Source: Octopus sinensis (taxonomy: Eukaryota). From it: a stretch of 64,000 nt of DNA. The DNA is taken from the NCBI RefSeq assembly GCF_006345805.1, contig NC_043006.1, forward strand, positions 95,666,001 to 95,730,000. Reading direction: 5' to 3'. Made by a program: the position numbers and the translations under genes. The notes under the pieces were generated by a model. The model was not told the DNA's origin, did no database searches, and saw nothing but the letters and a program-made list of their open reading frames with translations. This document shows positions 25,726 through 37,945 of this stretch, piece by piece; the stretch's first letter is position 1; each line of letters opens with the position of its first letter.

Positions 25726-26597
25726 AGAACAACACCCACAACGACAACAAGAGAATATCTTTTGGAGAAGACATTTGTAATGAGAAAAACATACACAGAT
25801 ATGTATATATACGTTTGTATTTATGTTTACAGACACACACATGTATGTGTATGTGTATAATATATATATATACTCTTATATAGACTCTATACTTATATAC
25901 ACTCTATATATAAGTATGTATAAACTTATATACACTATATATAAGTATATATATGTGTGTGTGCGTGTGCACAAGTATGAACACACACACACACCTATAT
26001 ACATACGTACATACATACATATATATATATACATATATGCCTTAATATATACATGAGCACACACCCACACAAACATTAATAGAGGAAATCGAGATATGGT
26101 CAGTCAAAAACAATACGCTAGAAGTAAATCCAGAACAGAGAATTACCGGAATACACACGAGGGAAAAAGAAAGGATGGAAGAAATAAATAAATAAATAAA
26201 GAAAGAATGAATGAAAGAAATGATAGCTGGCGAAACGAAAAAGAAAATGCTAGAAATAAGCCAACAATATTATCCAGCTAAGTTTAATACCTTGGAGACG
26301 TACATGGAAGGAAAGACAAAATATTTCTTATTCAACACAAAGACAATGGAAAAAAAAGACAATGAACGATTAGAAACACATATTTATAAGATTATAGGAT
26401 TCGATCTCTCATACAAACCAGCTTTCCGTATTTGATCGGATTGGATCTAAGTTTTCTGATCTGGGATTTATTTTTCTGATTCAATGACATTTTCCAATAA
26501 GATATTCGTTTTCAATGAAGAATGTAGAGGTTCTGCGTTCGCCAGAGAAAGTTGTTGACAGCCATAATGATTACGTATGTTGATATATACATACATA

Positions 26598-26668
<71 letters not shown>

Positions 26669-26942
26669 TATATATATATACATATATATATATACATATA
26701 TGTATGTATGTGTACGTGAGTATGTGTGTGTGTGAGTATGTGTGCGTGTCTACACTCACACGCGGGCATTCATGCAGACGCGGGTGTGTCTGCAGATGCG
26801 TGTTGGCGTGTGTGGTTTTGCGTATATTTGAATCTTTCGGCATGCATATATTTGCTGACAGGTATTCATGTTGATATTATGTAATAACACAAAATCGATA
26901 TAAATGCCCGGTGGAAGCTTTTATATACATATACACACAGTG

Positions 26943-27047
<105 letters not shown>

Positions 27048-27054
27048 TATATAT

Positions 27055-27116
<62 letters not shown>

Positions 27117-27659
27117 CGTGTGTGTGCGTGTATGAGAATGTATGTGCATGCACAGACCTTCATAGACGAATATGCAAATATATATATACAAACAGAGTCG
27201 TGTGTGTGTACAGAGAGAGAAGTAGCAAATTGCAGTCGAAACAGCATCATATAGAATACTTTGCAATCATTTTTTTCTCATCTTTGCTGCCCGATTTCAA
27301 GTTCCAGTCAAATCGGCCTCGACTCTCATATTTCCCAGGTCAAACAACGAGACACTCAAAAATTAGCGAAGGTTTTAAGAAGTTCATCAGGATGCTTACG
27401 ATATCTTTCTCGGTTTTTCCTTCTAGTTACATCGGTCACGACTACCGAGACTTGTAGATTTAGCCTTTAACTTGACCGTATTTTAAAATTTAATGTATGT
27501 ACCAGCTGAGCGCTGAAACCCTATCGTCCTCTCTTAATTTGCTGGCCTTAAGCCAAAAATTTAACTATTGTTATTATTAGTATTACTAAAATTGTCCACA
27601 AAGGGGCACTCTACAATGTGAACGGTTGTGTACAACACTATGTTTTTCCAACAGAAATA

Positions 27660-27790
27660 TGGCAGCCGTGTCTTGCTTCCAAATCACATAGGTACAAGTT
27701 CATTCCCATTGCGTGACACCCTGGGTCCACCAAAGCGTTGTGAGTGGATTTGGTAGAAGGAAACTGAAAGACGGCAGTAGTTTATATATT
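27660..27790 (+). mobile_element. Degenerate SINE family A fragment
   Basis: gttgtgagtggatttggtagaaggaaactgaaaga. Confidence 0.6.
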
Positions 27791-27809
27791 CATATACACG
27801 ACCTTTATC

Positions 27810-28430
27810 CCCTTACAATCTAAGAGGACAGCACCGCACAGAGTCCATGACATCTGCATATACATTTGCTGCTATATTTTGTGAAACTGCCTTCATTACA
27901 ATTCTGCTGGATGATTAAGGTACCGCAAATCCAAGGTAACTTTTTGTAACCAACCCATTTGAGAAGCCAGTTAAATGTACTGCATACCTTATTTTTTGAA
28001 ATTCACATCCATTCCTTCTTGACCAGATCCAGTTTGAACTCTTTTAAGCTGTTTCTGGCGTTGTCTTAAGAGCCTCCGTTTGGAAGCCAGATTCTCTCAT
28101 TAGAGATGTGGACGAGCAAAATTTCCTATTAGAAAGTATTCAAGTGTAATTTAAAGCCACCAGACGGATTACATTTTACCCTAACCTCAACTGATCCTGC
28201 CTGTTTTTTACCCGAATAACTAGAGCAGATAAGTCTAATCTAAAATGTTTTGGACAGAAAATCTTTCAGATTTCGAATATTTTTCGTATGCGTAAATAAT
28301 GCATCTGAAATAAATGGAACTGCAAGGGACCAAGTCTAAATACATAATCTATTTATATTTCATAAAATTATGATACAGCTGGGGCGTATAGCATGAAGGT
28401 TGTTTCGTACAAATATATGGCTAACTCCTT
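27810..28430 (-). mobile_element. pogo/Tigger-like DNA transposon remnant
   Basis: Broken minus-strand translation gives LDLVKKEWM, GWLQK, WICG and QMY-AD..RCCPLR, in the order expected for a pogo CENP-B HTH and first DDD motif; 28225-28430 resembles Tigger4-type terminal sequence (from recall, not a search). Confidence 0.5.
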
Positions 28431-29334
28431 TTCGCATGCGTTTGCTTTTTGTTTGCAAGCGTTTGGCTTTTCACTGAAGCAAATTCACGTTTTTACGCTT
28501 ACTCCGCAATATATCAATTCTATGAATAACGTTCACGCTGCTGTCACCGTGTACTTCCCTCGTTTTTCTGGTGATGCACGATTAGATCATCCAGTGCATC
28601 CTTTCGCTTTTGAAGACAATTGTATATAATTTGAGGGAGAAGTAGCTACTTTTCTAGCGGATCATACAGTCTCGTTGATTGTCTTTTCCATTCGTCTTCT
28701 ATTCCGATTGTCTTTTACTCAACTGTCACAACTGAAGATGGTGAACTTAGAATGATAAACACAGATTTTGTTTTATTTCTAAATAGTGACAATCATTCTT
28801 GAATTATCTCAGTTCAATGCATCTTTATATCGTTGAAAGTCCGAATTTAAAATTCAAATTTACAGATTTAAAACACTCTATTTATTTGTGTATTCAAACA
28901 ATTCTTTTTGAATGAATAAACACGTGAATATCTCGGAGGAGGCCGAAACTCTTTATCTATCGTCTTAGATTTATCAGAGATCGTTTTTGTCTTGTATCTA
29001 ATTTTATATGTCTTCGTTTTTATTTGCAGGAAGGTGAAGATGTTTAATTAATGAACAGAATAAAAAGAAACTAATGAGCGGAATTGTTTAGAAAGCAGAC
29101 AAAAGCTTTGCATATAATTGTTCTTGTTGTTGTTATTTAGCTTCAGGATAGCCTTGGTCTAACTGACCTGTTATCAGATCAAACCTAATCCATATGCAAT
29201 CATCTCTTTTGTCTTCTCTTTAAGAGGGTAAGACGAGTAGCTTGTGAGAGAGAGATTTGACTGCTATTTCGAGCAGGGTGATTGCCCACATATACATTCC
29301 ATTATTGACGTTCATTGTTGCAGCTGTTTAGTGA

Positions 29335-29615
29335 CAGCCAAGTGTTTAGGCGTATGGCACTCACGACTTTGCCATCGTGGTTTCAATTCCTGTACGGGCT
29401 GTGCGTTGTGTTCTTGAACGAAACATGTTACTCCAGTCCACTCAGCTGTAATCGAGTCGCCGTGCAATGGACCAGCCTTTTGACCAGGGGGAATGTTGCT
29501 CTGGTCACCTAGCCAGCAGAGTGGCATCATTCGAAAACTGAAACGATGCAAAGCGCATTGGGACCAGCGATGTATAACAACATACGATAGCCTGGTCGAT
29601 CACTTGATCACATGC
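29335..29615 (+). mobile_element. Degenerate tRNA-derived SINE (further subfamily)
   Basis: agtgtttaggcgtatggcactcacg...gtggtttcaattcc...gcgttgtgttcttgaac...ctccagtccactcagctg head and core. Confidence 0.55.
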
Positions 29616-30111
29616 TAATTCATGCTGTATAACTTCCTGTTCTGAAGAAATTAGTTGTCGTTTGAGATATGACTTCGATCTCAAGCAAGCAAGAAAATAT
29701 ATATGCAGACCATTTTAAGTTTCTAGTAAGCTAAGAACTAAAACTATTTATTAATTCTAGGCAAAGTTAATTGTTGTTGCTGTTACTGATGTCGTTGTTG
29801 CAGTCGCTGTTAGGCCTTAGGTGAATCCTGATCGTCAACCAGACCTTTAATAATGGATCGTCTATCCGTATCAATAACTGTTTCATTTCGTTGATATCTT
29901 GGGTTTATATGCTTCTACTGATAAGATTATTTCAGGGATATGATATTTGCTTGCTATTTTTAGCAGGTTGACTAGTTTCAGAGATGTTGTGCCGTTGATT
30001 TATGCTATCTCCGTCTTAATGTGGGGATCGTTAATAAACTAATTGCAAATAATTATGCTATGACGGGAAAATAATTATTAATAAATGACAGTTATATTAA
30101 TAACCATTGAA

Positions 30112-30300
30112 AAAGTGGCAAACTGACAGAACCGTTATCACAACGAACGAAATACTAAGGTTTACGTTATGAGTTCAAATTCCGCCGAGCTCGCATTTAC
30201 ATATAATCTTTTCGGGATAAAATAAGTACCAGTTGAACACTGGGGTCAATGTAATCGACTTACCCTTTTGTCCCTAAATTGCTGGCTTTGTGCTGAAAAT
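30112..30300 (+). mobile_element. SINE family C
   Basis: gagttcaaattccgccgag...aagtaccagttgaacactggggtcaatgtaatcgac. Confidence 0.7.
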
Positions 30301-30467
30301 TTGAAGCCAATATTAATAGTCGGGGTATGTCTGAATGGTTAGGAAGAACATTTCGCAACATTTCAGACGTCGGGTTCGACCCTGCAATGCGACATCTCGG
30401 GAAGACGGTTACGCTCATTTAAATGACCAACTTTGTCGCACCGTGTAATATTCGTTTCAAAATATTG

Positions 30468-30670
30468 GTTCCAAGGCTAGCAAGTTAGTTTAGGGGAGGG
30501 GATGATTCGATTACATCGACCCCTGTGCCCAACTACTTTTAATTTTATCGACCCTGAAAGAATGAAAGTCAGAGTCAACCCTGGCGAAATTTGAACTCAG
30601 AACGTAAAGAGGTGCGAGAGGCTGCCAAGCATTTGCCCGGCATGACAACAATTCAGCCAGTTCACTGCCT
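30468..30670 (-). mobile_element. SINE family C
   Basis: gattacatcgaccc...gaaatttgaactcagaacgtaaag...gccagttcactgcct. Confidence 0.75.
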
Positions 30671-30702
30671 TGTTACTAGAGCAAAATATTCTTTCCTAAT
30701 AT

Positions 30703-30895
30703 AGGCACAGGGCCAGCAATTATGGAAGAGGGGCTAGTTGATTATTTCGATCCCATGGTGAAACTGGCTCTGATTTTATCTATGCAGAAAGAATGAAAGC
30801 CAAAGTCGACCCTGGCGGAATTTGAATGTAAAGATGGGCGAAAAGCCGCTAATTATTTTGCCCGACACAAAAACGATTCTGCCAGCCACCCGCTC
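30703..30895 (-). mobile_element. SINE family C
   Basis: aggcacagggccagcaatt...caaagtcgaccctggcggaatttgaa...gattctgccagc. Confidence 0.7.
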
Positions 30896-31489
30896 AAATT
30901 TTGTACGTATGTGTTTATAAATACATGCGTGTGTGCGTGTGTGTGTGTGTGTGTGAGTGTATGTGTGTGTGCGCGCGAGGTGCCTATGAATGTAGGTAGG
31001 GGCTTTAAAGAAAGTTTTTTCACTACACACCCAAACAATACAGAAATACATTCGGTGAGAGACAAGGAGATGGAATTGGGGGAAGGAAGTACAAGACATT
31101 TGTAGAGAAGGAATTTAGTGAATGAAAATGAAAGAATGAAAGAAGATGATTGCTTTGGAATGAAAAAGCAAATGAAAATCATTAATTAAAAGATGTTAAT
31201 TGAAATGGCAGATCCGGAATGAGGATTGGTTTTTAATTGTTGTTTATAGGAAGAAAGGGTTCAAGGAGGGGAGATTGATAGGAATCTTGAAAATGAGTGA
31301 CGGGAGTGGGGAGTGGTAGGGTGAAAGAGATGATGGAGGAGGAGGAGGAGGAGGAGGTGGTGGAAGAAGGGGAGAAAAGAGAAAGAGGAAGAGAAGGAGG
31401 AAATGGAGGAGAAATAAGAAGAGAAGGAGAAAGTGTAAGAAGAGAAAGTGGGAAGGATAATCTCAATGGTTGTTGTTAGAAGTAGTAGT

Positions 31490-31885
31490 AAATACAACTA
31501 CTACTACTACTGTTACTACTACTACAATTACTACTACTGCTACTACAACTGCTACTACTGTTACTACAACTACTACAACTACTACTACTACTACTGCTAC
31601 AAATACTTACTACTACTACTTACTACCACTACTACTACTACCGCTGTTACTACTACTACTATAACTACTACTACTACTGCTGCTACTGCTGCTACTACTA
31701 CTACTACTACTACTACTACTAGTACTACTACTACTACTACTAGTTCTACTACTATTACTATTACTACTTACTTCTACTACTTACTACTACTACTACTACA
31801 AGTACTACTACAGCTGCTGTTATTACTACTACTACTGCTATTGCTGCTACTGCTGCTGTTACTACAACTACTACTACTACTACTT
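31490..31885. repeat. Long imperfect (CTA)n microsatellite
   Basis: Seen directly. Confidence 0.95.
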
Positions 31886-31960
31886 CCTTCTTCACTTCGC
31901 GTTTCGTGCCCGTTGTACTTGTTGTTTCGTTTAATTTTGATATGTATCTCATCCTTAACA

Positions 31961-32095
31961 CGGTGAACTGGCAATGCCGTTAGCTCGCCGGGCTAAATGC
32001 TTAGTTGCCTTTCGTCTTTCTGTACGTTCAGCGTTCAAATTCCGGCGATGTAGACTTTTCCTTTTATCTTTACGGGGCCGATAAAATAATCCCGA
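31961..32095 (+). mobile_element. SINE family C, 5' part
   Basis: cggtgaactggc...gccgggctaaatgcttag...gttcaaattccggcga. Confidence 0.7.
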
Positions 32096-32271
32096 AAGGG
32101 CGCGAATTCTGCAAGGTCATCTAAACTCAGAAGACCCTGATAGGCTTAGTAATAAAATGTTACAACAAAGTCAACATTTTCTCTCTTCAAAACAATGAAA
32201 TTAAGCAACATCTTACGTCCTCAAAAACAGCGACTTTCCTTTGTAAGCACAATAGAAAAAGGAGAAAAAAA

Positions 32272-32302
32272 TGAAGAAGAAGAAGAAGAAGAAGAAGAAG
32301 AC

Positions 32303-32383
<81 letters not shown>

Positions 32384-32482
32384 GAAGAAGATGAAGAAGA
32401 AGATGAAGAAGAAGATGAAGAAGAAGATGAAGAAGAAGATGAAGAAGTTGAAGAAGAAGATGAAGAAGAAGAAGAAGAAGAA
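32272..32482. repeat. (GAA)n(GAT)n(GAAGAAGAAGAT)n compound microsatellite
   Basis: Seen directly. Confidence 0.95.
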
Positions 32483-32876
32483 GATATCAATCGCCGTGAC
32501 CAGTATTTGCATTTGATCTCATGAGATGAAACTGGTATGAGCATAAGCCTACCAAGGTAGTAGAAAAAGGTAATAGAAAAGTAGGGATCCAGACTGATCG
32601 ATATTTATGCTTCATTGTACTTCATTGTATCTAATTTCCTCCTTTTTAAGTTTCTTCTTTCCATTCACTTAATATGTAATCATAACTATAATATTGTACG
32701 TCCTAACGGTTAGAATTGATATTGGAGTATCTCTTTACAGCATGATTCGTTGTCTATCTCTATATGTATGTATGTATGTATGTGAATATCGTCTGTATGT
32801 GTATGAATATGAATATCTATGTGCATATATTTACGCACACAGAAACGCACACACGCACATACACATACATGCGTAT

Positions 32877-32913
32877 AGCGTAGGGATGGCTGTGTGGTAA
32901 GTAGCTTCCTTAC
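32877..32913 (+). mobile_element. 5' half of a SINE family A head split by insertions
   Basis: agcgtagggatggctgtgtggtaagtagcttccttac matches the first ~37 nt of family A; the SINE resumes at 35789. Confidence 0.75.
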
Positions 32914-34901
32914 GCATGAGTTGGTTAGTTGCTTCAAAATTTGAATACTTTTGTAGCCGTCCTGAATTGAAGAAATATTGAAAGCGCGACTGTAAGGTAG
33001 GCATCTGTTTTGGGGGGATTCAATGGGTTTTCTTGTTTGACATTGTTTTGTTTTTTTTCGAATTGGAAATCCTCACTGGGTCCCAAACATTTGTCTGCCT
33101 GCAGTCGCGCGAAGTGACTCACTTAGCTGTGAGAATTGTTGTTTTGTGAGCGTGTCTCACCACCCAAATTTGCGAAAACTTTGAAAATTCGGCCAATTTG
33201 TGGAGGTTTATTTTGTGTGTTCCTGCTGCTACTGTGACCTTGAGTACCCGTGTGGTGTGCCATGTTTTGGAATACATGTGGATCAGGATTACCGACTGTC
33301 CGGAATTTTGTTGCCGCTTTATCTGCTGTGTCTTTCTGCGCATTTTGTTTACTTTTGACTTTATTTAGACATTTTTGTGAACTATTTTATGGACTCTCAT
33401 TTCCGCAAGCATGGCAAAAAAGGCAAACACTGCGTTGAAGTGGAAGATTGTACCCCCCAAGCAGCGGGTAAAGGATTTCAACGAGAGAACGGTGGTGTTG
33501 AGGACGTATTCCAAGTCGCTCGGCACCATCACAGTGTTATCTCAAATTGAAATTGAGAAAGAGTTGGCAGAATAGCTATTAAGTTTATTGCCAGGGGTGT
33601 CAAGTACTCAACGGTGTGATTGCTATTTGACACCCCAGAGGAGACTCGCAATTTTGCGAGCCAGCCCTTAGAAGGGCAAAAGAGTCTCTTTCTTCCCACA
33701 TATTGTGGGAAGAAATTAACAAGAGCTTGGTTCAATGGGTTGCCACCCGGGATAGAACCCGAGTGGATAGAAGACACTATTCTCTTGAGTCTGGGTGGCA
33801 GCGGAGCCAAACTCCTAAATCTTAAAATTCTGCCGGTGACTGATTGGGTGGGGTTAAAAGCGGCTTAAACCCTGTGGACCCAATCAGCCAATAATCTGGT
33901 TTTCCCAGATTTCTTGAGATTGGCCGGTTCTAGGTATCCGGTGATCCTTGAGGGACGCCCCCCCCACCAAGTGTCACCTGTACCTAGAACCAGGCCACAT
34001 TAAAAAGAACTGTCCCCAGGACCAAGGTAAAGTCCTAGAGCAGCTAATAAAAGTAGCTTCCACGCTCCCCCATTAGAGGGAAAGATGGAGGCAGTCGAGG
34101 AGGTGGAGACCTCATCGAAAAAAACAAAGAAAAGAAACAAGGTAGGCAACAATGGTTGTCCACCGAACGTCCCTAAAGCTGCGGGATGGGAGGAAGATCC
34201 TCCGGATAAAGCGGAGATACCACACCCTTCTGTAGCAAAGGGGAGAAAAAGAAAAAGAAAAAGATCGGTTGATGGTACACTGTCGGCATGCCCTTAAACT
34301 TTGTCGGTGGGGAGTGTGCCACCAACAGAGGAAACTTTGGACCTTCCCAGAGCGTCGAGAGATGATTTTGTTATCTTCCTTCATAAGCGAGGGGCAAAAG
34401 AGAGCTTCTTAAGAAAGCTAGAGGGCCGGAGGGAGGAGCCCATGCCCTGACTGAAGACTCAGATTGACCTCCGCAGGTGACTACGGAGGTCATATCGGAA
34501 GTCGATATGTTCAGGTTGTTGGACTCCTTCCCGAAGGACCAGTTTAGATTCGCCTTCTGGGCCCCGAGTATTGGAGCTGGAGCATTCAGCCTGGTCGGAG
34601 AGGAAAGATAAAGAGGCTTTAGTGCCTAAAATGTTTATCGTATGTTATTGTTTATAAGAGGCTCAGCACCTCAATTTGTAATGGACTATTAAGTCCAGTA
34701 ATTGTAAGGACCAAGGTAAGAGGTTTAAAACCTCGTTCAGTTTTTTGAAGAACAATGGTTTAGAGAAGCAGAAGATCGGCGGGAGTCTTTGGCTCCTCTA
34801 ATTAATATCATAATTTCGTTTATCATTTTCATCTCATTAATGTAATGTCCAGCCCGGAGTTACGTCTGTGTAATGCCTTTATGGCATAATTATATCAATA
34901 A
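32914..34901 (+). mobile_element. ORF1-only (HAL1-like) non-autonomous Tx1/L1-type retroelement, E1
   Basis: Gag-like ORF1 remnant, no endonuclease or RT sequence, 3' hairpin ATGCC-TTTAT-GGCAT and AATAAA directly before a target-site copy. Confidence 0.65.
33411..34460 (+). pseudogene. Disrupted gag-like ORF1 with CCHC zinc knuckle
   Basis: MAKKANTALKWKIVPPKQRVKDFNERTVVLRTYS..; LFDTPEETRNFASQPL..LPTYCGKKLTRAWFNGLPPGIEPEW; C-HL-Y-LEPG-H-IKKN-C at 33972-34013 (CX2CX4HX4C with a TGC>TAC change); basic C-terminus; stops and frameshifts. Confidence 0.65.
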
Positions 34902-34916
34902 AAGTAGTTTGCTCAC

Positions 34917-35788
34917 TCTCGACACATGCACCGTCAGTTGTTGGCTACTGCTACTGTGAATGTCACGTCGCTTTAAGTTGCGTGAATAAGAGAAATAAAA
35001 GAGACTGGCTACAGGTAAGACTTTTTGTTTTCTTTTTAGTTCGGTGGGGATTTATTGTTGTGTTGTTTTTAATAAATACCTGCTGAACTCTAAACATTTT
35101 TGTCTGTCTATGGAGTGTAGTTGTACTCACTTTCAGTGAGTAAAATTTTTTTGGGGTGGGAGTATCTCGCCAACAAAAATTTGCTGTGTTTTGGTGGGCG
35201 TATCTCGCAACCAAAGTATTGTTCCTCTGCTATAATTCTCGCATTGGAGTACCTGGTTTGCTGTAGTTCCTGCTTCGGAGTGCCTGGTTTTGTTGTTGCT
35301 ACCAATTTCCAGTTGTAAAGTCGCTTTGAACTGCATGAATAAGAGGGCAAAAAAGAGACACACTACGGGTAGGGATTTTTGATTCTTGAGTTCGGGGGTG
35401 GATTTGTTGTGTTAATTTTAATAAATCCCTGCTGAACTTTAGACATTTTTTTCTGCCTGTGGTGAATCTAGTAGTACTCACTTTTTGGTGAGTTAAAATT
35501 TTTTTGGTTTGTTTTGGGGGATGTATCTCGCCAACCAAAAATTGTTTCTGTACCTGGTCTCCCGAAATTCCTGCCTTGGACTATGAGTAAGAGGTAGGAA
35601 AGCCTCCGCATTGTAAATGATAAGAAGTTTGAAACCTCATTCTGTTTATTCTAAAAAGATCAATGTATTCGGGAGACGGCGGTCGGCGGGCGCCGTTCAT
35701 TTCCCTCATTAAAAGTTTTATATTCATTTCATCCCATTAATATAATTGTTACTCTATGTTATGCCCCTGTGGCAATTTGTATGAAATA
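34917..35788 (+). mobile_element. Non-coding derivative E2 of the same family, with an internal 351-bp duplication
   Basis: 3' end 35580-35790 homologous to 34680-34902; 5' module (ACTCAC/GTGAGT hairpin, gtatctcgccaac) duplicated and homologous to 33117-33170. Confidence 0.65.
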
Positions 35789-35924
35789 AAGTAGCTTGCT
35801 TACCAACCACGTAGTCCCGGGTTCAGTCCCACTGCGTGGCAACTTGGGCAAGTGTCTTCTACAATAGCCTCGGGCCAATCAAAGCCTTGCCACTGGATTT
35901 GGTGGACGGAAACTGAAGCCCGTC

Positions 35925-36003
<79 letters not shown>

Positions 36004-36085
36004 TGTCTGTATTTGTCTCCCATAACATAGCTTGACAAGCGATGCTGGTGTGTCTACGTCCCGGTAACCTAGTGTTTCAGGAAAA
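35789..36085 (+). mobile_element. 3' remainder of the split SINE family A copy
   Basis: aagtagcttgcttaccaaccacgtagtcccgggttcagtcccactgcg continues exactly where 32877-32913 stops, after a 15-bp duplication. Confidence 0.85.
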
Positions 36086-36154
36086 TTGATATATATATAT
36101 ATATATAAGTATGTGTGTGTGTGTGTATGTATATATGTATGTATGTATGCATAT

Positions 36155-37297
36155 ACTAACTGGTGCACCCGGTACTTCCCGGGAATAAAGACTTTCTATT
36201 GAAATGCCTAATAACTCTGATATGAGAAAGCAATTTCGTTTTAACTGTCACAAAATGTGTATCTTCCATCACGGAAAAATACAAAACACTGTCAGCTGGA
36301 GGAGGGAGAGATTGTTAGAAGTTGGCGAGAGGGGTTTACGGAGGTTGGCGAGAAAGATTGTCGGAGGTTGTCGAGAGGCAAATATATTATTCTGCTTAGC
36401 GAAGGCATCTTGGAAATGTAGAACTGCTATCATTCACAGGAAAGCTATTGTTTTACCGTGAGAAAAGCTCTGTTGAAGTGGTAAGTGAAATTTGGCAATT
36501 GAAGATTGAATCCACGTTATGCCTGCATCAAGCCACTACAAATTCGTTGTGGAATAAAAATATTACCTACTGTCATGGAAAAAGTGTAACTGTAAAAATG
36601 CAGAATTATCGGAGTAATGTGCATTCAAAAAATATGTATGTATAGAAATGTATGAATGAAGTCTTTAATGTTTAAGATTCAAATTAAGGAAGTGCAATAA
36701 TAATGTTTAACATTTCAAAACCGTGAGTAGTGAAATGCAGAATTAGGTCGGCTGATCATGAGAATTAAATATTGTTCGCTTCGCTAGAATCTGCGAGTGC
36801 TATGAGTTATTTCCCTTGGGTTGTTTAAATAAAATATTAATATGAAGTAGATAGAAGGATCACTTGGAAGGGACCTATTATATTCCAACAATCTAAGTAT
36901 CTCACGAGGTTTCCAGACATGACTTCTCATGTATCAAATAAAGTACAAAAGTGATTTTGCCTGCAAAAATTAGAAATAGGTCACACAAAAAATCAATATT
37001 CAAAGTAATCGATCATAAACAATGAAGTGGTTTATTTCCCTTCAGTGGTTAAAAATATTGAACAGTTGTTATGGGTTATTTCCCTTGGGTGTTTAAAAAA
37101 ACAGTTATATGAGGTAGATATAAAGGTCCCTTCCAGGTGCCGTATTATTGACTTTTTCAACAATCTAGTATGTCATGAGATTTCTGGACATGAATTCTAC
37201 TCACGTGTCAAGTATGTATATATGCTTATATATATTATTTATATATATATACATATATATACACACTCAAATGCACGCGCAAATAATGATATAGATT
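36155..37297 (+). mobile_element. Possible Helentron-associated non-autonomous (HINE/DINE-like) element
   Basis: Starts tactaactggtgcacccggtacttcccggg (subterminal GC palindrome), has an internal ~270-bp diverged duplication (36807-36935 and 37074-37210) and ends near atatagatt. Confidence 0.3.
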
Positions 37298-37729
37298 GAT
37301 CTAGACACTTAACCAAAATGATGAAATTGTAATATTCATGAAATTACCATTTTGATGTGGATATTTGGTGTAAAAACTGTTGTGTGTCTGTTAGAGAGAG
37401 AGAGAGAAAGATGAAGAAACAGGGAGAGGAAAAGCGAGCGAGAGGGAGAGGGAGTGAGAGAGGGAGAGAGAGAGAAAGGACGTGTGTATGTGAAGTTCTT
37501 CATAGAAGGTGTATGGGCCTGCGTATGTTGGTTCTGTCAACAATGGTGTTCCGATGACATTTCTGCTCTGATTCAGTCGTTCGTGAAATACCAACACTTT
37601 CGAATTTTTGCCATTCCACAACGTACCTCCATTAAAACAAATACATTGTCTTTAGCAAACCTGACCTTTTATATTTCTACTTAAATTCCATTTTACTTTT
37701 TTCCTTCTATTCTCTTCGTTTGTTTTTTT

Positions 37730-37945
37730 ATCGTTTGCTTCAGTCATTAGACTGTGGCCATGCTGGGGCACCGCCTTGAAGAAATTTTAGACGAATGAAC
37801 CGACCCCAGTACGTATTAGCTTTTAAAGTCTGGTACTTATTCTATCAACCTCCTTTGCCAAACCGCTGGCCCACGGGATCGTAAACACCTCAACACCAGT
37901 TGTTAAGCAGTGGTGGGGGTCAAGCACAGACAGAAACAAAACACA
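37730..37945 (-). mobile_element. 3' part of a family-A-related SINE
   Basis: ttcagtcattagactgtggccatgctggggcaccgcc...ggtacttattctatc. Similar degenerate tails at 20335-20640, 40180-40350, 49070-49210 and 52330-52430. Confidence 0.65.

Noticed and set aside
26211-26435. 74-aa ORF MKEMIAGETKKK...
   Set aside because: It is short, A-rich and has no recognisable motif; it may be element debris but I cannot support a call.
32195-32524. Acidic E/D-rich protein
   Set aside because: It is a translated GAA/GAT microsatellite with no splice or homology support.
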